Assembly: GCA_963827655.1 (NCBI GenBank)
Contig: CAWHCF010000049.1
Location: 128,001-192,000 of the forward strand
Source of the DNA: an uncultured Acidobacteriota bacterium
GTDB taxonomy: Bacteria; Acidobacteriota; UBA6911
Reading direction: 5' to 3'
Length of the DNA: 64,000 nucleotides
Shown: positions 12,134 through 23,320 of the stretch, piece by piece
Position numbering within the stretch: position 1 is the stretch's first letter
How the letters are laid out: each line of letters starts with the position of its first letter
Notes under the pieces: model-generated
Told to the model about the DNA's origin: nothing
The model's input: the letters and a program-made list of their open reading frames with translations, nothing else
The model's database searches: none
Program-made: the position numbers and the translations under genes

Positions 12134-13183
12134 TGAGAGTCGTGATCACGGGAGGAGCAGGATTCCTGGGGAGCCACCTGTGCGACCACCTTTTGAACCA
12201 GGGGCACGAAGTCATTTGCCTCGACAACCTGCTTACCGGCGCCGTCGATAACATCGCGCACCTGATGGGACACGAGAGATTCCGGTACGTAAAGCACGAT
12301 GTGACCGAATACTTGTTCATCGGGGATCCGATCGACGCGGTCATGCACTTTGCCTCTCCTGCCAGCCCTCGCGACTACCTTGAGCTTCCCATTCAGACTA
12401 TGAAAGTTGGCGCCCTGGGGACTCACAAGACCCTCGGGCTGGCCAAAAACAAGCGGGCGCGATTTCTCCTGGCCAGCACGTCGGAAACTTACGGGGATCC
12501 CTTGGTGAATCCGCAGCCCGAGACTTACTGGGGAAACGTCAATCCGATCGGATTGCGCGGAGTCTACGATGAGGCGAAGCGATTCGCTGAGGCGCTGACG
12601 ATGGCTTACAACCGTTATCATGGTATCGACACCCGAATCGTGCGCATATTCAATACCTACGGCCCTCGCATGCGGCCGCACGACGGCCGCGTGGTATCCA
12701 ATTTCATCGTCCAGGCCCTTCGGCAGGAACCTCTTACCGTCTATGGAAACGGCGAGCAAACGCGGAGCTTCTGCTACGTCGAGGACGAAGTCGGGGGGAT
12801 CGTAAAACTGCTCATGGCGCCCGATACGCCCGACATTCATGACCCCGTGAACATCGGCAATCCGCATGAACTCACCGTCATGGAAATCGCGCGCAAGGTA
12901 CTCAGCCTCACCGCTTCGTCCAGCAAGATCGTTCACGAACCCCTGCCACAGGATGACCCGAAGGTGCGGCGGCCGGACATAACCAGGGCTCAAAAGGCTG
13001 CTGGGCTGGAACCCCACAATAGCGCTGGAAGAGGGTCTTCGGCGCACCATCGATTACTTCAGAACCAAACTCAACACGGCGTCTGCGCGAGCGCCGATGG
13101 TAGTGGCGACTGACAAAGCGCGGCCTGCGGGCCGCATCAAGGGCGCGATCCGCGCGTGCTCACAGAAACCGGTTCATGATTGA
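12133..13183 (+). CDS. UDP-glucuronate decarboxylase-like SDR (frameshift near 12995)
   Basis: [24 protein letters not shown]. The shifted frame restores [21 protein letters not shown]. Confidence 0.88.
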
Positions 13184-13232
13184 GCACCGACCTCGCGCAG
13201 AATTAAGTTCTCGCGATCGAAATCTCGAGACA

Positions 13233-14460
13233 ATGAAAGTTCCTCTGCTCGATCTCGAGGCTCAGTACGCCGTGGTGCGCGAGAAGGTTCGCGCCGCGGT
13301 CGATGAGGTTCTGGAAAGCCAGCATTTCATCCTGGGGTGCCAGGTATCGCGACTGGAAGAGGAGATCGCGCGCCTTTGCGACCTGCCCTACGCCGTGGGC
13401 GTGGCTTCCGGAACCGACGCCCTGTTGCTCGCGCTTAAGGCCCTGGGCGTTGGACCGGGCGATTCCGTGATAACGGTTCCTTACACCTTCTACGCGACCG
13501 CCAGTACGATCGTCAATCTCGGGGCCAGGCCGCTGTTTGTCGATATCGACGACGCCAGCTACAACATGGATCCAGAGCAGCTGGCCCAGCTTCTGGAGCG
13601 CGACTGTTCGTTCAAACCTTCGTCGGGGACCCTGGTTCACAAGAGCTTCAGAAACCACGGTCAAGGCCATTGTGCCGGTCCATCTCTTCGGTCAATGCGC
13701 CGAGATGGCGGAGATCGCTCAGATTGCAGATCGCTATCAGCTCCCGACCGTGGAGGATGCCTGTCAGGCAATCGGGGCGCGATATCGGGAGAAAGCAGCG
13801 GGGTCGCTTGGCACACTCGGATGCTTCAGCTTCTTTCCATCCAAGAATCTCGGGGGGGGAGGGGATGGCGGCATGATCGTGACGCGCGATTCAGATCTTG
13901 CCCACCGGATACGCCTGCTGCGGGTACATGGAGAAAAGTCCAAGTACTACCATTCGATTATCGGGTTCAACAGCAGGCTGGACGAATTTCAGGCGGCAAT
14001 TCTTCGGGCCAAACTTCCCTATCTTGACGGCTGGACGACGATGCGACGGCGCAACGCCTGCTTTTACCAGACTGAACTACGGTCGGCCGGATTGGGTCCG
14101 AAAGTTGTGCCGCCGGCCGTATTGCCCGACCGGACTCACGTATTCCATCAGTTTGTGATTCGTTGCATGCGGCGCGATGAGTTGCGGAAGTTCCTGGAAA
14201 GCTGTGGCATTGGTACGGCGACCTATTATCCTCTTCCTTTGCATCAGCAGGAATGCTTTCGCTATCTCGGGTATGCGCCTGAGGACTTTCCCCGGTCATG
14301 CGCCGCGGCCCGGGAGACCCTGGCGCTTCCGGTTTATCCGGAACTCACGCCCGAGCAGAAGGCCTTTGTGGTTTCATCGATCACTGAGTTTTACGCTGCA
14401 AAACAAATACCACCAGGACACGAAGACACGAAGAAACACCAAATAAAAGGATCTTCATGA
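13233..14460 (+). CDS. DegT/DnrJ/EryC1/StrS PLP aminotransferase (frameshift near 13650)
   Basis: VASGTDALLLAL, VEDACQAIGA, FSFFPSKNLG, GFNSRLDE. Confidence 0.9.
14409..14442 (+). repeat. Family E repeat inside the 3' end of the DegT gene
   Basis: ACCACCAGG-ACACGAAG-ACACGAAG-AAACACCAA. Confidence 0.85.
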
Positions 14461-16055
14461 AGCGAGTCTCATTATTTCTGATTGTGCTCTGCTGGGGATT
14501 TCAACCCGGGCATGCTCAACGACAGCCGGTGAAGCCTAATATCCTCTTCTGCTTCGCCGACGACTGGGGGCGCTATGCGAGCGCTTTCGCAGCGCTGGAA
14601 AAACAACCTTCACCCAATCAGATCGTCAGGACTCCAAGTATTGATCGCATTGCGCGCGAAGGCGTTCTGTTTCGCAATGCCTTCGTGAATGCGCCTTCGT
14701 GTACGCCATGCCGCAGCGCGCTGCTGACCGGGCGATACTTCTTCAACACCGGGCGCGGGGCGATTCTGCAAGGCGCGCAGTGGGACGCGGCGATTCCCAG
14801 CTTCCCGCTGCTGTTGCGCGACGCGGGGTATCACATCGGCGAGACGTACAAGGTCTGGAGTCCGGGCACGCCGATTGATGCACCGTTCGGCGCGGGCAGG
14901 CACAGCTACGAGAAAGCGGGCAACTTGCCTAACAACTACTCCGAGAACGTCACGCAGATGATGCGCGAAGGGCTGTCGCTTGAGCAGGCGCGCGAGAAGA
15001 TCTTCGCTCAAGTGCGGGCGAACTTTGAGTCCTTCCTCGCTGACCGGAAACCGGGGCAGCCGTGGCTCTATTGGTTCGGTCCCACCACGACGCATCGCCG
15101 GTGGATCCAGGGTTCCGGCAAGGCGCTCTGGGGGCTTGATCCCGATGCGTTGCAAGGCAAGCTGCCGCCGTTTCTGCCGGATGTGCCGGCGGTGCGGGAG
15201 GACTTTGCCGATTACCTGGGCGAGGTGCAGGCCTTCGATGCTTACATCGGGTTGTTGTTAAAGAAGCTGGAGGAGACAGGCGAGCTTGACCGTACCCTTA
15301 TCGTCGTTAGCGGCGATCATGGCGGCCCGGGGTTCCCGAACGGCAAGTGCAATCTTTACGATTTCGGCACCGGCGTGACGCTTGCCGCGCGCTGGCCCGG
15401 CGGCAAGGGGGGACGCGTGGCAGACGACCTCGTGAGCCTGGCGGATTTGGCGCCGACCTTCCTCGAAGCGGCCGGCGTTGCCGCTCCTGCAGGCGTCAAT
15501 GGCCGGAGCCTTTTGAATGTGTTGCATTCCAATCAAAGCGGTCTTGTGGACTCTCAACGCACATGGGTTATTACGGGCCGCGAACGTCACGTAGCGGCCG
15601 CGCGTGAAGAGAACCTGCCTTATCCGCAGCGCGCCTTGCGCACGCCGGAATTTCTCTACATCCGCAACTTTGCTCCTGACCGCTGGCCGCTCGGATCACC
15701 GAAGGCGGTGACAGCAAGTGAAGCGCCGGCGGCAGACGTCCTGGAAAGAGACACACACATCGCTTTCGCCGACATGGACGCCGGACCTACCAAGGCCTGG
15801 CTCATCACTCATCGCAACGACACACAATGGAAGCGGCATTATGACATCGCGTTTGCTAAACGGCCTGCCGAAGAGCTTTACGACCTGCGCCAGGATCCGC
15901 ACCAGGTGAAGAACGTCGCCGCCGATCCGGCCTACACTGCAGAGAAAGCCAGGCTGGCAGCCCAGCTGATGAAAATCCTGACGGAGGCCGGCGATCCGCG
16001 CGTCTCAGGGGATGGAAAGACTTTCGAGCGTTCGCCGTTTACGGACGAAAAGTAA
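14457..16055 (+). CDS. Secreted sulfatase (formylglycine-dependent)
   Basis: Signal peptide, PNILFCFADD, CTPCR (CxPxR) motif, SGDHG. Confidence 0.92.
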   Translation: MKRVSLFLIVLCWGFQPGHAQRQPVKPNILFCFADDWGRYASAFAALEKQPSPNQIVRTPSIDRIAREGVLFRNAFVNAPSCTPCRSALLTGRYFFNTGRGAILQGAQWDAAIPSFPLLLRDAGYHIGETYKVWSPGTPIDAPFGAGRHSYEKAGNLPNNYSENVTQMMREGLSLEQAREKIFAQVRANFESFLADRKPGQPWLYWFGPTTTHRRWIQGSGKALWGLDPDALQGKLPPFLPDVPAVREDFADYLGEVQAFDAYIGLLLKKLEETGELDRTLIVVSGDHGGPGFPNGKCNLYDFGTGVTLAARWPGGKGGRVADDLVSLADLAPTFLEAAGVAAPAGVNGRSLLNVLHSNQSGLVDSQRTWVITGRERHVAAAREENLPYPQRALRTPEFLYIRNFAPDRWPLGSPKAVTASEAPAADVLERDTHIAFADMDAGPTKAWLITHRNDTQWKRHYDIAFAKRPAEELYDLRQDPHQVKNVAADPAYTAEKARLAAQLMKILTEAGDPRVSGDGKTFERSPFTDEK

Positions 16056-16130
16056 CCAGTTAACTGGCGGGTTCGGCGACTTGTGGTTTTTTCCCGTCAT
16101 CGGCTGGCCTCAATTTTTTTGGCGGCATCA

Positions 16131-18467
16131 CTAGGTGGAGTCTTTGGACGGGGTGGAGTAGATACTGGTCGCGCCGCCCAGTATTTGTTCGTAGCTGTTT
16201 CCGTAACACCGGATTGCGGGTTCGGTCCCTTTGATGAAATGTTCGCTCATTCGGTCCAGGCAGCGATCCGTAGCCAGCAGGCCGGTAGTAGGGTCGATTT
16301 CCAGCTCTACGATCCCATCCGGCTCGGTAAATTCCTCGCCACTTAAAGGGCGAAGTGAAATCGCGCGCTTCATGAAATCGGTCCACACAAGCAGGGCGGA
16401 TTGGGATCCGGAGAGGTTCAACTCGCGATTGTCGTCGAAGCCGACCCAGACGATACAAAGCAGCTCGGGAGTATAGCCGGCGAACCAGCCGTCGTGCGAG
16501 GTTCCAGTCTTGCCTGCGGCGGGCAAGGTAAAGCCCCGCGCTCGGGCCCCGGTACCGGTCCCGTTGTTTATTACCGACTGCAACAGCGACGTGACCATAA
16601 AGGCGACCTGAGGGGACAAGACGCGGTTCGATCTTGGATTGGCGACGAAGGCCGGCTTTCCATCGTTATCGAGCACTTTGAGGATCGGCGTCAAGTCCGA
16701 AAGCGTCCCGTCACTGGCAAAGGCGGTATAGGCTCGCGCCATCTCGAGAGGCGTGACTTCGAAGGCGCCGATGGCCATGGCCGGATAGGGCTTGATCTGC
16801 TGATTCAAGCCAAGGCGGCGCGCCATTTCGGCGACTTTATGATATCCGATCTTTTCGGCAAACTTGACGGTCGCGATATTTAGCGACCTGGTAACCGCCT
16901 GTCGCATCGTGACCTGGCCCAGATACTCCTCCTTGAAATTCCGCGGTTCATAGACCAGATCCTGAAAGGCGAATTGCGTCGGCTCATCCAGGACCGTGGA
17001 TACCGCAGTCAGCGCGCCGGAACCGCTGTAGGCTGTTTCCAACGCGGCCGCGAAGACGAAGGGTTTGAAGATGCTGCCGGGTTGTCGCCGTGATTGCGTG
17101 ATGCGATTGAACTGGCTCAGTCCGTAGTTTCGGCCACCGACCATCGCAAGAACCGCCCCGGTCCGGGGATCGAGCGCAATGAGGCTGGCCTGAACCGTGC
17201 CGGGAGGGATGGCTCGCTTTCCCTTGGCGAAGTGGGCATCCAGGTGAGCGACCCCCTCCCGCACCGATTCGAAGGCGGCCTGCTGAAGATCGGTATCCAG
17301 GCTGCTGTAGACCTTGTATTTGAAACGGGCTAAGTCCACGTCGCCGAACTTATCGGTCAGAATATCCTGAACATAGTCGACGAAGTAGGGCGCATCCGAA
17401 TAGTTGAAGATCGAGGCAGGCTTTACTTCGAGCCGACTTGCCTTGGCCTGATCCCGCTCCTGCGGGGAAATCATCTCGTATTCGGCCATGCGATCGAGCA
17501 CGAGGTCTCTGCGAACCTTCGCGCGCTCAGGATAACGAACAGGTGTATATCGATTTGGCGCTGGAATGATTCCGGCCAGCATCGCCGCTTCCGCGAGCGT
17601 GACATCTTTGACATTCTTATGGAAGAAGGCTTCGGCGGCCTCACCGAAGCCTACGATGCTGAAGGAGCCGCGCTGGCCCAAATACACCTCGTTGCTGTAG
17701 AGCTCAAAGATGGTTTCCTTGTTCAGGCGCTTCTCCAGGAGAATCGACATGTAGGCGTCCGTGAACTTGCGCCACCAGCTTTTCTCCGGAGTGAGGAAGG
17801 AGTTCTTGACGAACTGTTGAGTCAGTGTGCTGGCTCCCTGCAGCGTGTCTCCTTCTCGAATATCGATGATGAACGCCTTTACAATCCGGATGGGATCGAC
17901 GCCGCTGTGGTTGAAAAAGCGGCGATCCTCTGAAGCGAGCACGGCATCGATCAGCGCCTTGGGAAGGTCTCGATAGTTGACGAAGCGCCGTTTTTCCCGG
18001 TTCTTGTTGATGATGTTGCTCAACAGTTCGGGTTTCAACATGAACTTCGGGAGGGAGTTCTTCGAAGCGGTATCGACGATTGATCGAATCGCTGTGTTCG
18101 AGCAGGTCACCTCGACCAGCCGATTCGAATCCTCGGGCGTCTTGGCGTCATTGAAAAGCAGGATCCGATTGTCCTTTACGATCTCGTAGCTGGATACCTT
18201 AGAGGCTTTAGCGGCGCGTTCGGCATATCCAAGACGACGGAGCTTGGCCAGGAGTTCTTGCATTCGAACCCGTTTGCCCGGATAGAGTGTGACCGGCGCC
18301 GAGTAGATCTCAGTATCGGCAACGTTGTACCGTTTCCCCAGTTTCTGTTCGATGATCCCGTCGAAGATGTAGTAATAGCGGATCAGGAATGCTGCGAGTG
18401 CGAGCGCAGGTATAAGGACAATAACAGCCGTTATCTTGAGTACACGGCGGCTGGGGGTCCTGACCAA
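16131..18467 (-). CDS. Class A penicillin-binding protein (PBP1A/1B family)
   Basis: EDRRFFNH, GASTLTQQ, SIFK, SLN and KTG motifs, N-terminal TM. Confidence 0.92.
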   Translation of the reverse strand: MVRTPSRRVLKITAVIVLIPALALAAFLIRYYYIFDGIIEQKLGKRYNVADTEIYSAPVTLYPGKRVRMQELLAKLRRLGYAERAAKASKVSSYEIVKDNRILLFNDAKTPEDSNRLVEVTCSNTAIRSIVDTASKNSLPKFMLKPELLSNIINKNREKRRFVNYRDLPKALIDAVLASEDRRFFNHSGVDPIRIVKAFIIDIREGDTLQGASTLTQQFVKNSFLTPEKSWWRKFTDAYMSILLEKRLNKETIFELYSNEVYLGQRGSFSIVGFGEAAEAFFHKNVKDVTLAEAAMLAGIIPAPNRYTPVRYPERAKVRRDLVLDRMAEYEMISPQERDQAKASRLEVKPASIFNYSDAPYFVDYVQDILTDKFGDVDLARFKYKVYSSLDTDLQQAAFESVREGVAHLDAHFAKGKRAIPPGTVQASLIALDPRTGAVLAMVGGRNYGLSQFNRITQSRRQPGSIFKPFVFAAALETAYSGSGALTAVSTVLDEPTQFAFQDLVYEPRNFKEEYLGQVTMRQAVTRSLNIATVKFAEKIGYHKVAEMARRLGLNQQIKPYPAMAIGAFEVTPLEMARAYTAFASDGTLSDLTPILKVLDNDGKPAFVANPRSNRVLSPQVAFMVTSLLQSVINNGTGTGARARGFTLPAAGKTGTSHDGWFAGYTPELLCIVWVGFDDNRELNLSGSQSALLVWTDFMKRAISLRPLSGEEFTEPDGIVELEIDPTTGLLATDRCLDRMSEHFIKGTEPAIRCYGNSYEQILGGATSIYSTPSKDST

Positions 18468-18551
18468 ATTCCTGGCTCCAAGCTAGCGACGGTCCCTAAG
18501 GATGCAACCATTCAAGAATGATAAGCGACCGAATTATATCACGAATCTTGG

Positions 18552-18587
18552 CTTAGCGTTTCTTCGTGTCTTTGTGTCTTCGTGGTT
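18552..18587 (-). repeat. Family E repeat
   Basis: Reverse complement is AACCACGAAG-ACACAAAG-ACACGAAG-AAACGCTAAG. Confidence 0.88.
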
Positions 18588-18703
18588 GGTTTTGTCCGCG
18601 ATTAACTCATCTGGTGACCGGTTTTCCAAACCGTGTTACGATTTGTTCGATTTGGGGATTTCCGATTCAGATCGGTAAATCCGCAACTGCATGGTGGGTG
18701 CGC

Positions 18704-19729
18704 ATGATCGAGAGGTATTCCCGGCAGGTGCTTTTTCCTCCCATTGGAGAAGCCGGGCAGCAAAGACTGGGGCGGAGCCGCGTACTCCTGGTGGGGTGTG
18801 GCGCCCTGGGATCTGTAGTCGCCGAGATTCTGGCGCGCGCCGGCGTCGCGCGTCTGACCCTCGCCGATCGCGACTACATCGATGAATCGAATCTGCAGCG
18901 TCAATCTTTGTACACCGAGGACGATTGTCGGCAAGGTCTGCCCAAAGCGGTTGCCGCGGCGCGTCACCTGACCGAAATCAACAGCGGGGTCGAACTGGTG
19001 CCCCAGGTCCTGGATGTCAATGCGCGCTCGATAGAGTCGCTGGTGCGCAACCACGATTTGATCATTGATGGGACGGACAACTTCGAGACTCGCTATCTTC
19101 TGAACGACGCCAGCCTGAAGTGGAACCTTCCGTGGGTCTATGGCGCGTGTGTGGGTAGTTACGGACTGTGCCTGGCTTTCGTCCCGGGATTGACGCCCTG
19201 CCTGCGCTGCGTTCTGGAACAGCTCCCCGCCCCGGGGAGTTCGCCTACGTGCGATACTGCAGGGGTTATCGGTCCCATCGTGCACCTGGTGGCATCGCTT
19301 GAGACGGCTGAGGCGATGAAGATTCTTACCGGGAATCTGGAGCGCCTCAATCGCAAGATTGTCTCCGTTGATGTCTGGCAGAATCTGATTTCCACTTTAG
19401 ATCTTTCCCGGATGGAGCGTAACGGCCATTGTCCTGCGTGCGGCCAAAGGCAGTTCGAGTTCCTGGAAGGGAAGTTCGAAGGGCGAGGCCAGTTCCTTTG
19501 CGGCCGCAATGCAGTTCAGATCTGGCGAGAGTCCGCCCGCGCGATCGACTTGAGGTCGATTGCGGAACGGTTGGCCAGGATAGGCGAAGTGCGCTGCAAC
19601 GAGTTTCTCTTGAGAGCCCGGGTCGACGAGTTCGAAATCGCGCTGTTCCGCGATGGCCGCGGCATCGTGAGAGGAACTGAGGATTTGGACGAAGCCCGGC
19701 GCGTCTATGCGAAATTCATCGGGAATTAA
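18704..19729 (+). CDS. ThiF/MoeB family adenylyltransferase
   Basis: ERYSRQ, VGCGALGS, SNLQRQ, PCLRC and CPAC zinc motifs. ATG at 18704. Confidence 0.9.
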   Translation: MIERYSRQVLFPPIGEAGQQRLGRSRVLLVGCGALGSVVAEILARAGVARLTLADRDYIDESNLQRQSLYTEDDCRQGLPKAVAAARHLTEINSGVELVPQVLDVNARSIESLVRNHDLIIDGTDNFETRYLLNDASLKWNLPWVYGACVGSYGLCLAFVPGLTPCLRCVLEQLPAPGSSPTCDTAGVIGPIVHLVASLETAEAMKILTGNLERLNRKIVSVDVWQNLISTLDLSRMERNGHCPACGQRQFEFLEGKFEGRGQFLCGRNAVQIWRESARAIDLRSIAERLARIGEVRCNEFLLRARVDEFEIALFRDGRGIVRGTEDLDEARRVYAKFIGN

Positions 19730-19814
19730 GCTCGATGGCAATGAACCACAAAAGCGCAAAGATGTCAGGCGAGTCTGAGGGCCTTGGTCTTTGCTTGGCA
19801 AAGGATGAGTCGCG

Positions 19815-20579
19815 ATGATTAGAATCCGTCTCTTGCTGGCGAGCCTGCTGCTGGCAATTTCCGAGAACGTGCCGGCCCAGGACGAAGAGAAGATCCAGAA
19901 TTTGTTTCGTGAGGCGATAGAAGCCATGGGGGGCGACAAATTCTTGAAGGTCGATGACATCGTCAGCGAGGGAAATTACTTCTTCTTCGATCGAGACGGC
20001 AATTCATCGGGACTCATAAAATACAACGACTATACCAAGCTTCCCGACAAGAGTCGCAACGAGCTGGGAAACAGGAAGAAAGAGCGCGAAATCGTTGTTT
20101 TTAACCTGGAAAAAGGCGAAGGATGGATTCTGGAGGGACAGAAGGAGACTCGGGACGCCACCCCCGAACAGATGAAGGAATTCAGAAACATGATCAAGCA
20201 CAGCTTCGAACTCATCTTCCGAACCCGCTACAAGGATCCTGCGAACAAGCTGTTCTACCTGGGCGCGGGAGAAGGAAGCGATGTCCGTATGGATATTGTC
20301 AAACTTCTCGATCCGGAGAATGATGAAGTCACAATCTACTTTGATCGTTTGAGCAAGCTGCCGGCCAAAATCGAATATCGAGGTTTGGATAAGCGTGGAG
20401 TTCAACTCCGCCACGTCCAGGAATTCAGCATGTGGCATGTCATCCAGGGAATCAAGACGCCCTTGCGCACCGACTCCTTTGTCAACGGCCGGAAATCAGC
20501 CCAGTTTTTCGTGGTCAAGATCAGCTACAACAACAGCCTCACGGATGCCTTCTTCTCCAAGCCGTTGCCGCCGAAGTGA
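19815..20579 (+). CDS. Secreted hypothetical protein (LolA-like/lipoprotein-sorting fold possible)
   Basis: Signal peptide, AIEAMGG start, beta-rich body ending NNSLTDAFFSKP. Confidence 0.6.
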   Translation: MIRIRLLLASLLLAISENVPAQDEEKIQNLFREAIEAMGGDKFLKVDDIVSEGNYFFFDRDGNSSGLIKYNDYTKLPDKSRNELGNRKKEREIVVFNLEKGEGWILEGQKETRDATPEQMKEFRNMIKHSFELIFRTRYKDPANKLFYLGAGEGSDVRMDIVKLLDPENDEVTIYFDRLSKLPAKIEYRGLDKRGVQLRHVQEFSMWHVIQGIKTPLRTDSFVNGRKSAQFFVVKISYNNSLTDAFFSKPLPPK

Positions 20580-20588
20580 TCCCGCTGA

Positions 20589-20780
20589 ATTGAGTAAACA
20601 AGTTGAAAGTGCTCTGAATCGAAAGTAATCCTTGATTGCTGCAATTTTCGAATGTGTTGCCTCAGCGCTTTCAAGCATTGAGTAAAAAGTAGAAAGTGCT
20701 GAGTCGAAAGTAGTCTTGATTGGTGCAATTTTCCAATGTGATGCCTCAGCGCTTTCAACTGCAGCACTTTATACTTTACT
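20589..20780. repeat. Tandem duplication (~88-bp period) of a hairpin element related to heptamer family D
   Basis: Units start at 20589 and 20677. Each has GAAAGTGCT..GA paired with TCAGCGCTTTCAA. 20681-20704 matches the reverse complement of 59809-59832 at 23/24. Confidence 0.85.
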
Positions 20781-20799
20781 TTGAACGCGTGCAGCCGTT

Positions 20800-22071
20800 T
20801 CACGCGTAAATTCCCCGAATCCGCGTGCCGCGGGCGACCCGATCGATGGCCAGCATGTAAGCTGCGATCCTCATGTTGACGTTGTGAGTCTCGGAGTAGC
20901 GGACCACTTGCGCGAAGCTGTCGGTCATATAGTCAGCCAGCCGCTCGTTAACCATCGATTCTTTCCAGAAATAACCCTGCCGGTCTTGCACCCACTCGAA
21001 GTAGGAAACCGTGACACCGCCGGCGTTGGCCAGAATGTCAGGGATAACGAAGATTCGTTTGTCTTCCAGGATCAGGTCCGCTTTGGCGGTCGTCGGACCA
21101 TTGGCTCCTTCGGCGATGATCCGGGCCTTGATGAGACTGGCATTGAGGGACGTGATCTGGTTCTCAACCGCAGCCGGAACCAGAATGTGGCAGGGAAGCT
21201 CCAGGAGCTCCCGATTGGTGATGCGATCCGTGTCGGGAAATCCGTCGAGCGTCCGGTTCCGCCGATGATATTCGACGACTCTGGGGATATCCAACCCGTC
21301 AGGATTGTAAATGCCGCCACGAATGTCAGAGACGGCGACGACCTTGAATCCTTCGGTATGCAGGAGCTGAGCCGTAACGGAACCTACATTCCCGAATCCC
21401 TGGATCGCGACCATCGAATCCGAGGGCGCAAGACTGAACTTGGCGCACGCTTCCTTGATCGCGATCGCGAGTCCACGGCCGGTCGCTTCCCTCCTTCCCG
21501 CCGATCCGCCTAGCTCGACAGGTTTTCCGGTTATCACGCCGGTTACTGTCTGGTGCGCGTGCATGCTGTAGGTGTCCATCACCCAGGCCATGATCTGCTC
21601 GTTTGTGTTCACATCCGGGGCGGGAACATCCTTTTCTGGACCCAGGAATTCGTACAGTTCGGCCGTGTAGCGCCGCGTCAGCCGCTCGAGCTCTCCGGTA
21701 GACATCCGGGATGGATCACAGATAACCCCGCCCTTGGCTCCACCGAAGGGAATATTCACAACCGCGCATTTCCAGGTCATCCATGCCGCGAGCGCCTTGA
21801 CTTCATCCAGGGTTACGTCGGGAGCGAAGCGGATTCCCCCTTTGCTCGGGCCGCGCGAGATATTGTGCTGCACACGATAGCCGGTAAAGACCTGCAGCCT
21901 TCCGGTGTCCATGAACACGGGAATGTAGACCGTCACCTCTCTGCGCGGATACCGAAGAAACTGATACAGTCCGTCATCCAGGTTCAGTTTTTGAGCAGCG
22001 ACATCAAACCGCGACATCATGGCTTCGAAGGGATTGATTTCACTGTCCTGCTCTGCCATCAGCAGTGCCAT
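20800..22071 (-). CDS. gdhA: Glu/Leu/Phe/Val dehydrogenase (glutamate dehydrogenase)
   Basis: [35 protein letters not shown]. Confidence 0.92.
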   Translation of the reverse strand: MALLMAEQDSEINPFEAMMSRFDVAAQKLNLDDGLYQFLRYPRREVTVYIPVFMDTGRLQVFTGYRVQHNISRGPSKGGIRFAPDVTLDEVKALAAWMTWKCAVVNIPFGGAKGGVICDPSRMSTGELERLTRRYTAELYEFLGPEKDVPAPDVNTNEQIMAWVMDTYSMHAHQTVTGVITGKPVELGGSAGRREATGRGLAIAIKEACAKFSLAPSDSMVAIQGFGNVGSVTAQLLHTEGFKVVAVSDIRGGIYNPDGLDIPRVVEYHRRNRTLDGFPDTDRITNRELLELPCHILVPAAVENQITSLNASLIKARIIAEGANGPTTAKADLILEDKRIFVIPDILANAGGVTVSYFEWVQDRQGYFWKESMVNERLADYMTDSFAQVVRYSETHNVNMRIAAYMLAIDRVARGTRIRGIYA

Positions 22072-22140
22072 AGAGCTTGTCCTTGCATGAGTTTAATTCT
22101 AGCCCAAGTTCCTTGTGATGAACACTGGCTCTGGCAGGCC

Positions 22141-22166
22141 CTTGGTGTTTCTTCGTCTTTGTGGTT
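22141..22166 (-). repeat. Family E repeat (short)
   Basis: CTTGGTGTTTCTTCGTCTTTGTGGTT. Confidence 0.75.
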
Positions 22167-22426
22167 AGCGCTGCGAAACAGCTAGGTCACGAAGAACACG
22201 GCAAACCTAGCCTACCCGGTGCGGCACGTGAGGAACAAGCCGATCAAGTCTAGCGGGCACGTGCAGGTCAGCAGCTGCGACGGTGGCGCGATCCTCAGCG
22301 TGCTTAGCGGACAGAAACTGGTGTCATGATTCGACCGCCGGATTCGGGCACAGAAGTGTGAAGTTATTTCGGCAGCTGAGCCCTAAGGACACGGAAGAGG
22401 AATAAATGAAGAGTATCAGGAAACGC

Positions 22427-23320
22427 TTATCCAGCCGCCTGTCGAGCCCGAGGGGGGGCTTCCAGATCAAGAATAGTGCAAGAGCGGTATTTTTCCGAGT
22501 GGCGCACGATCTGGTCGGCTAATGCTGCGTGAATGGCGTGACCGGCTTTCTCGGCGTAGAGGTGCCCGATAATGGGGTAGCCAACGAGCGAAATGTCGCC
22601 GAGGAGGTCTAGCATCTTGTGGCGAACGAACTCATTCGGAAACCTGAGCTCGGCATTGACTATTCCGGATTGATCCAGGACGACCGCGTTTTCCAGCGAT
22701 CCGCCTCGAATCAGCCCGCATCGTTTCAGGTACTCGACATCGGATATGAAACCAAAGGTCCGGGCACAGCCGATCTCTCGGCGGTAAGACTCCGGAGTAA
22801 GGTCGATACGGATTTCCTGGCGCCCGATGGCGTTGTGCTGAAAATCAATGATGTAGCTGGCTTGGGGGCGGGGCGAGGGATAGACGCCGGCCACCTTGTC
22901 TCCCTGCCGCACCTCGATAGGTTTCTGAATGACGATGTAGCGGCGTAAGGCGTCCTGCTCCTGAATTCCCGTCTTTTCAATCTCCTCCATGAATCGGCGT
23001 CCGCTGCCATCCATGATCGGAACTTCCATGGAGTCGATGTCAATGAACAGGTTATCGATCCCGAGACCGTATAAACTCGACAGCAAGTGCTCGACCGTCG
23101 AGATCATTACTCCCTTTTTCATCAGCGTTGTGGCATAGCTCACTTTGGCGACGTGCTTGCGCGTGGCCTCAATTTCAAAGTGCTTCAGATCGGTTCTGCG
23201 GAAGAGGATGCCGGTATTCTCAGGCGCAGGCACCAGCGTCATGTTCACCGGGTATCCGGTATGGAGGCCAATTCCCTTGAAGTTGATCTCGTCACGCAGC
23301 GTTCGTTGGTATCGGAGCAT
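22427..23320 (-). CDS. lpxC: UDP-3-O-acyl-N-acetylglucosamine deacetylase
   Basis: QRTL..GIGLHTG, TVEHLL, EVPIMDGS, RHKMLDLLGD. Confidence 0.95.
   Translation of the reverse strand: MLRYQRTLRDEINFKGIGLHTGYPVNMTLVPAPENTGILFRRTDLKHFEIEATRKHVAKVSYATTLMKKGVMISTVEHLLSSLYGLGIDNLFIDIDSMEVPIMDGSGRRFMEEIEKTGIQEQDALRRYIVIQKPIEVRQGDKVAGVYPSPRPQASYIIDFQHNAIGRQEIRIDLTPESYRREIGCARTFGFISDVEYLKRCGLIRGGSLENAVVLDQSGIVNAELRFPNEFVRHKMLDLLGDISLVGYPIIGHLYAEKAGHAIHAALADQIVRHSEKYRSCTILDLEAPPRARQAAG

Noticed and set aside
22072-22426. Long lpxC-gdhA spacer as a riboswitch or sRNA
   Set aside because: Only a family E copy, a short GCTAGGT/ACCTAGC stem and a twice-repeated GGCACGTG are visible. No recognisable RNA family.
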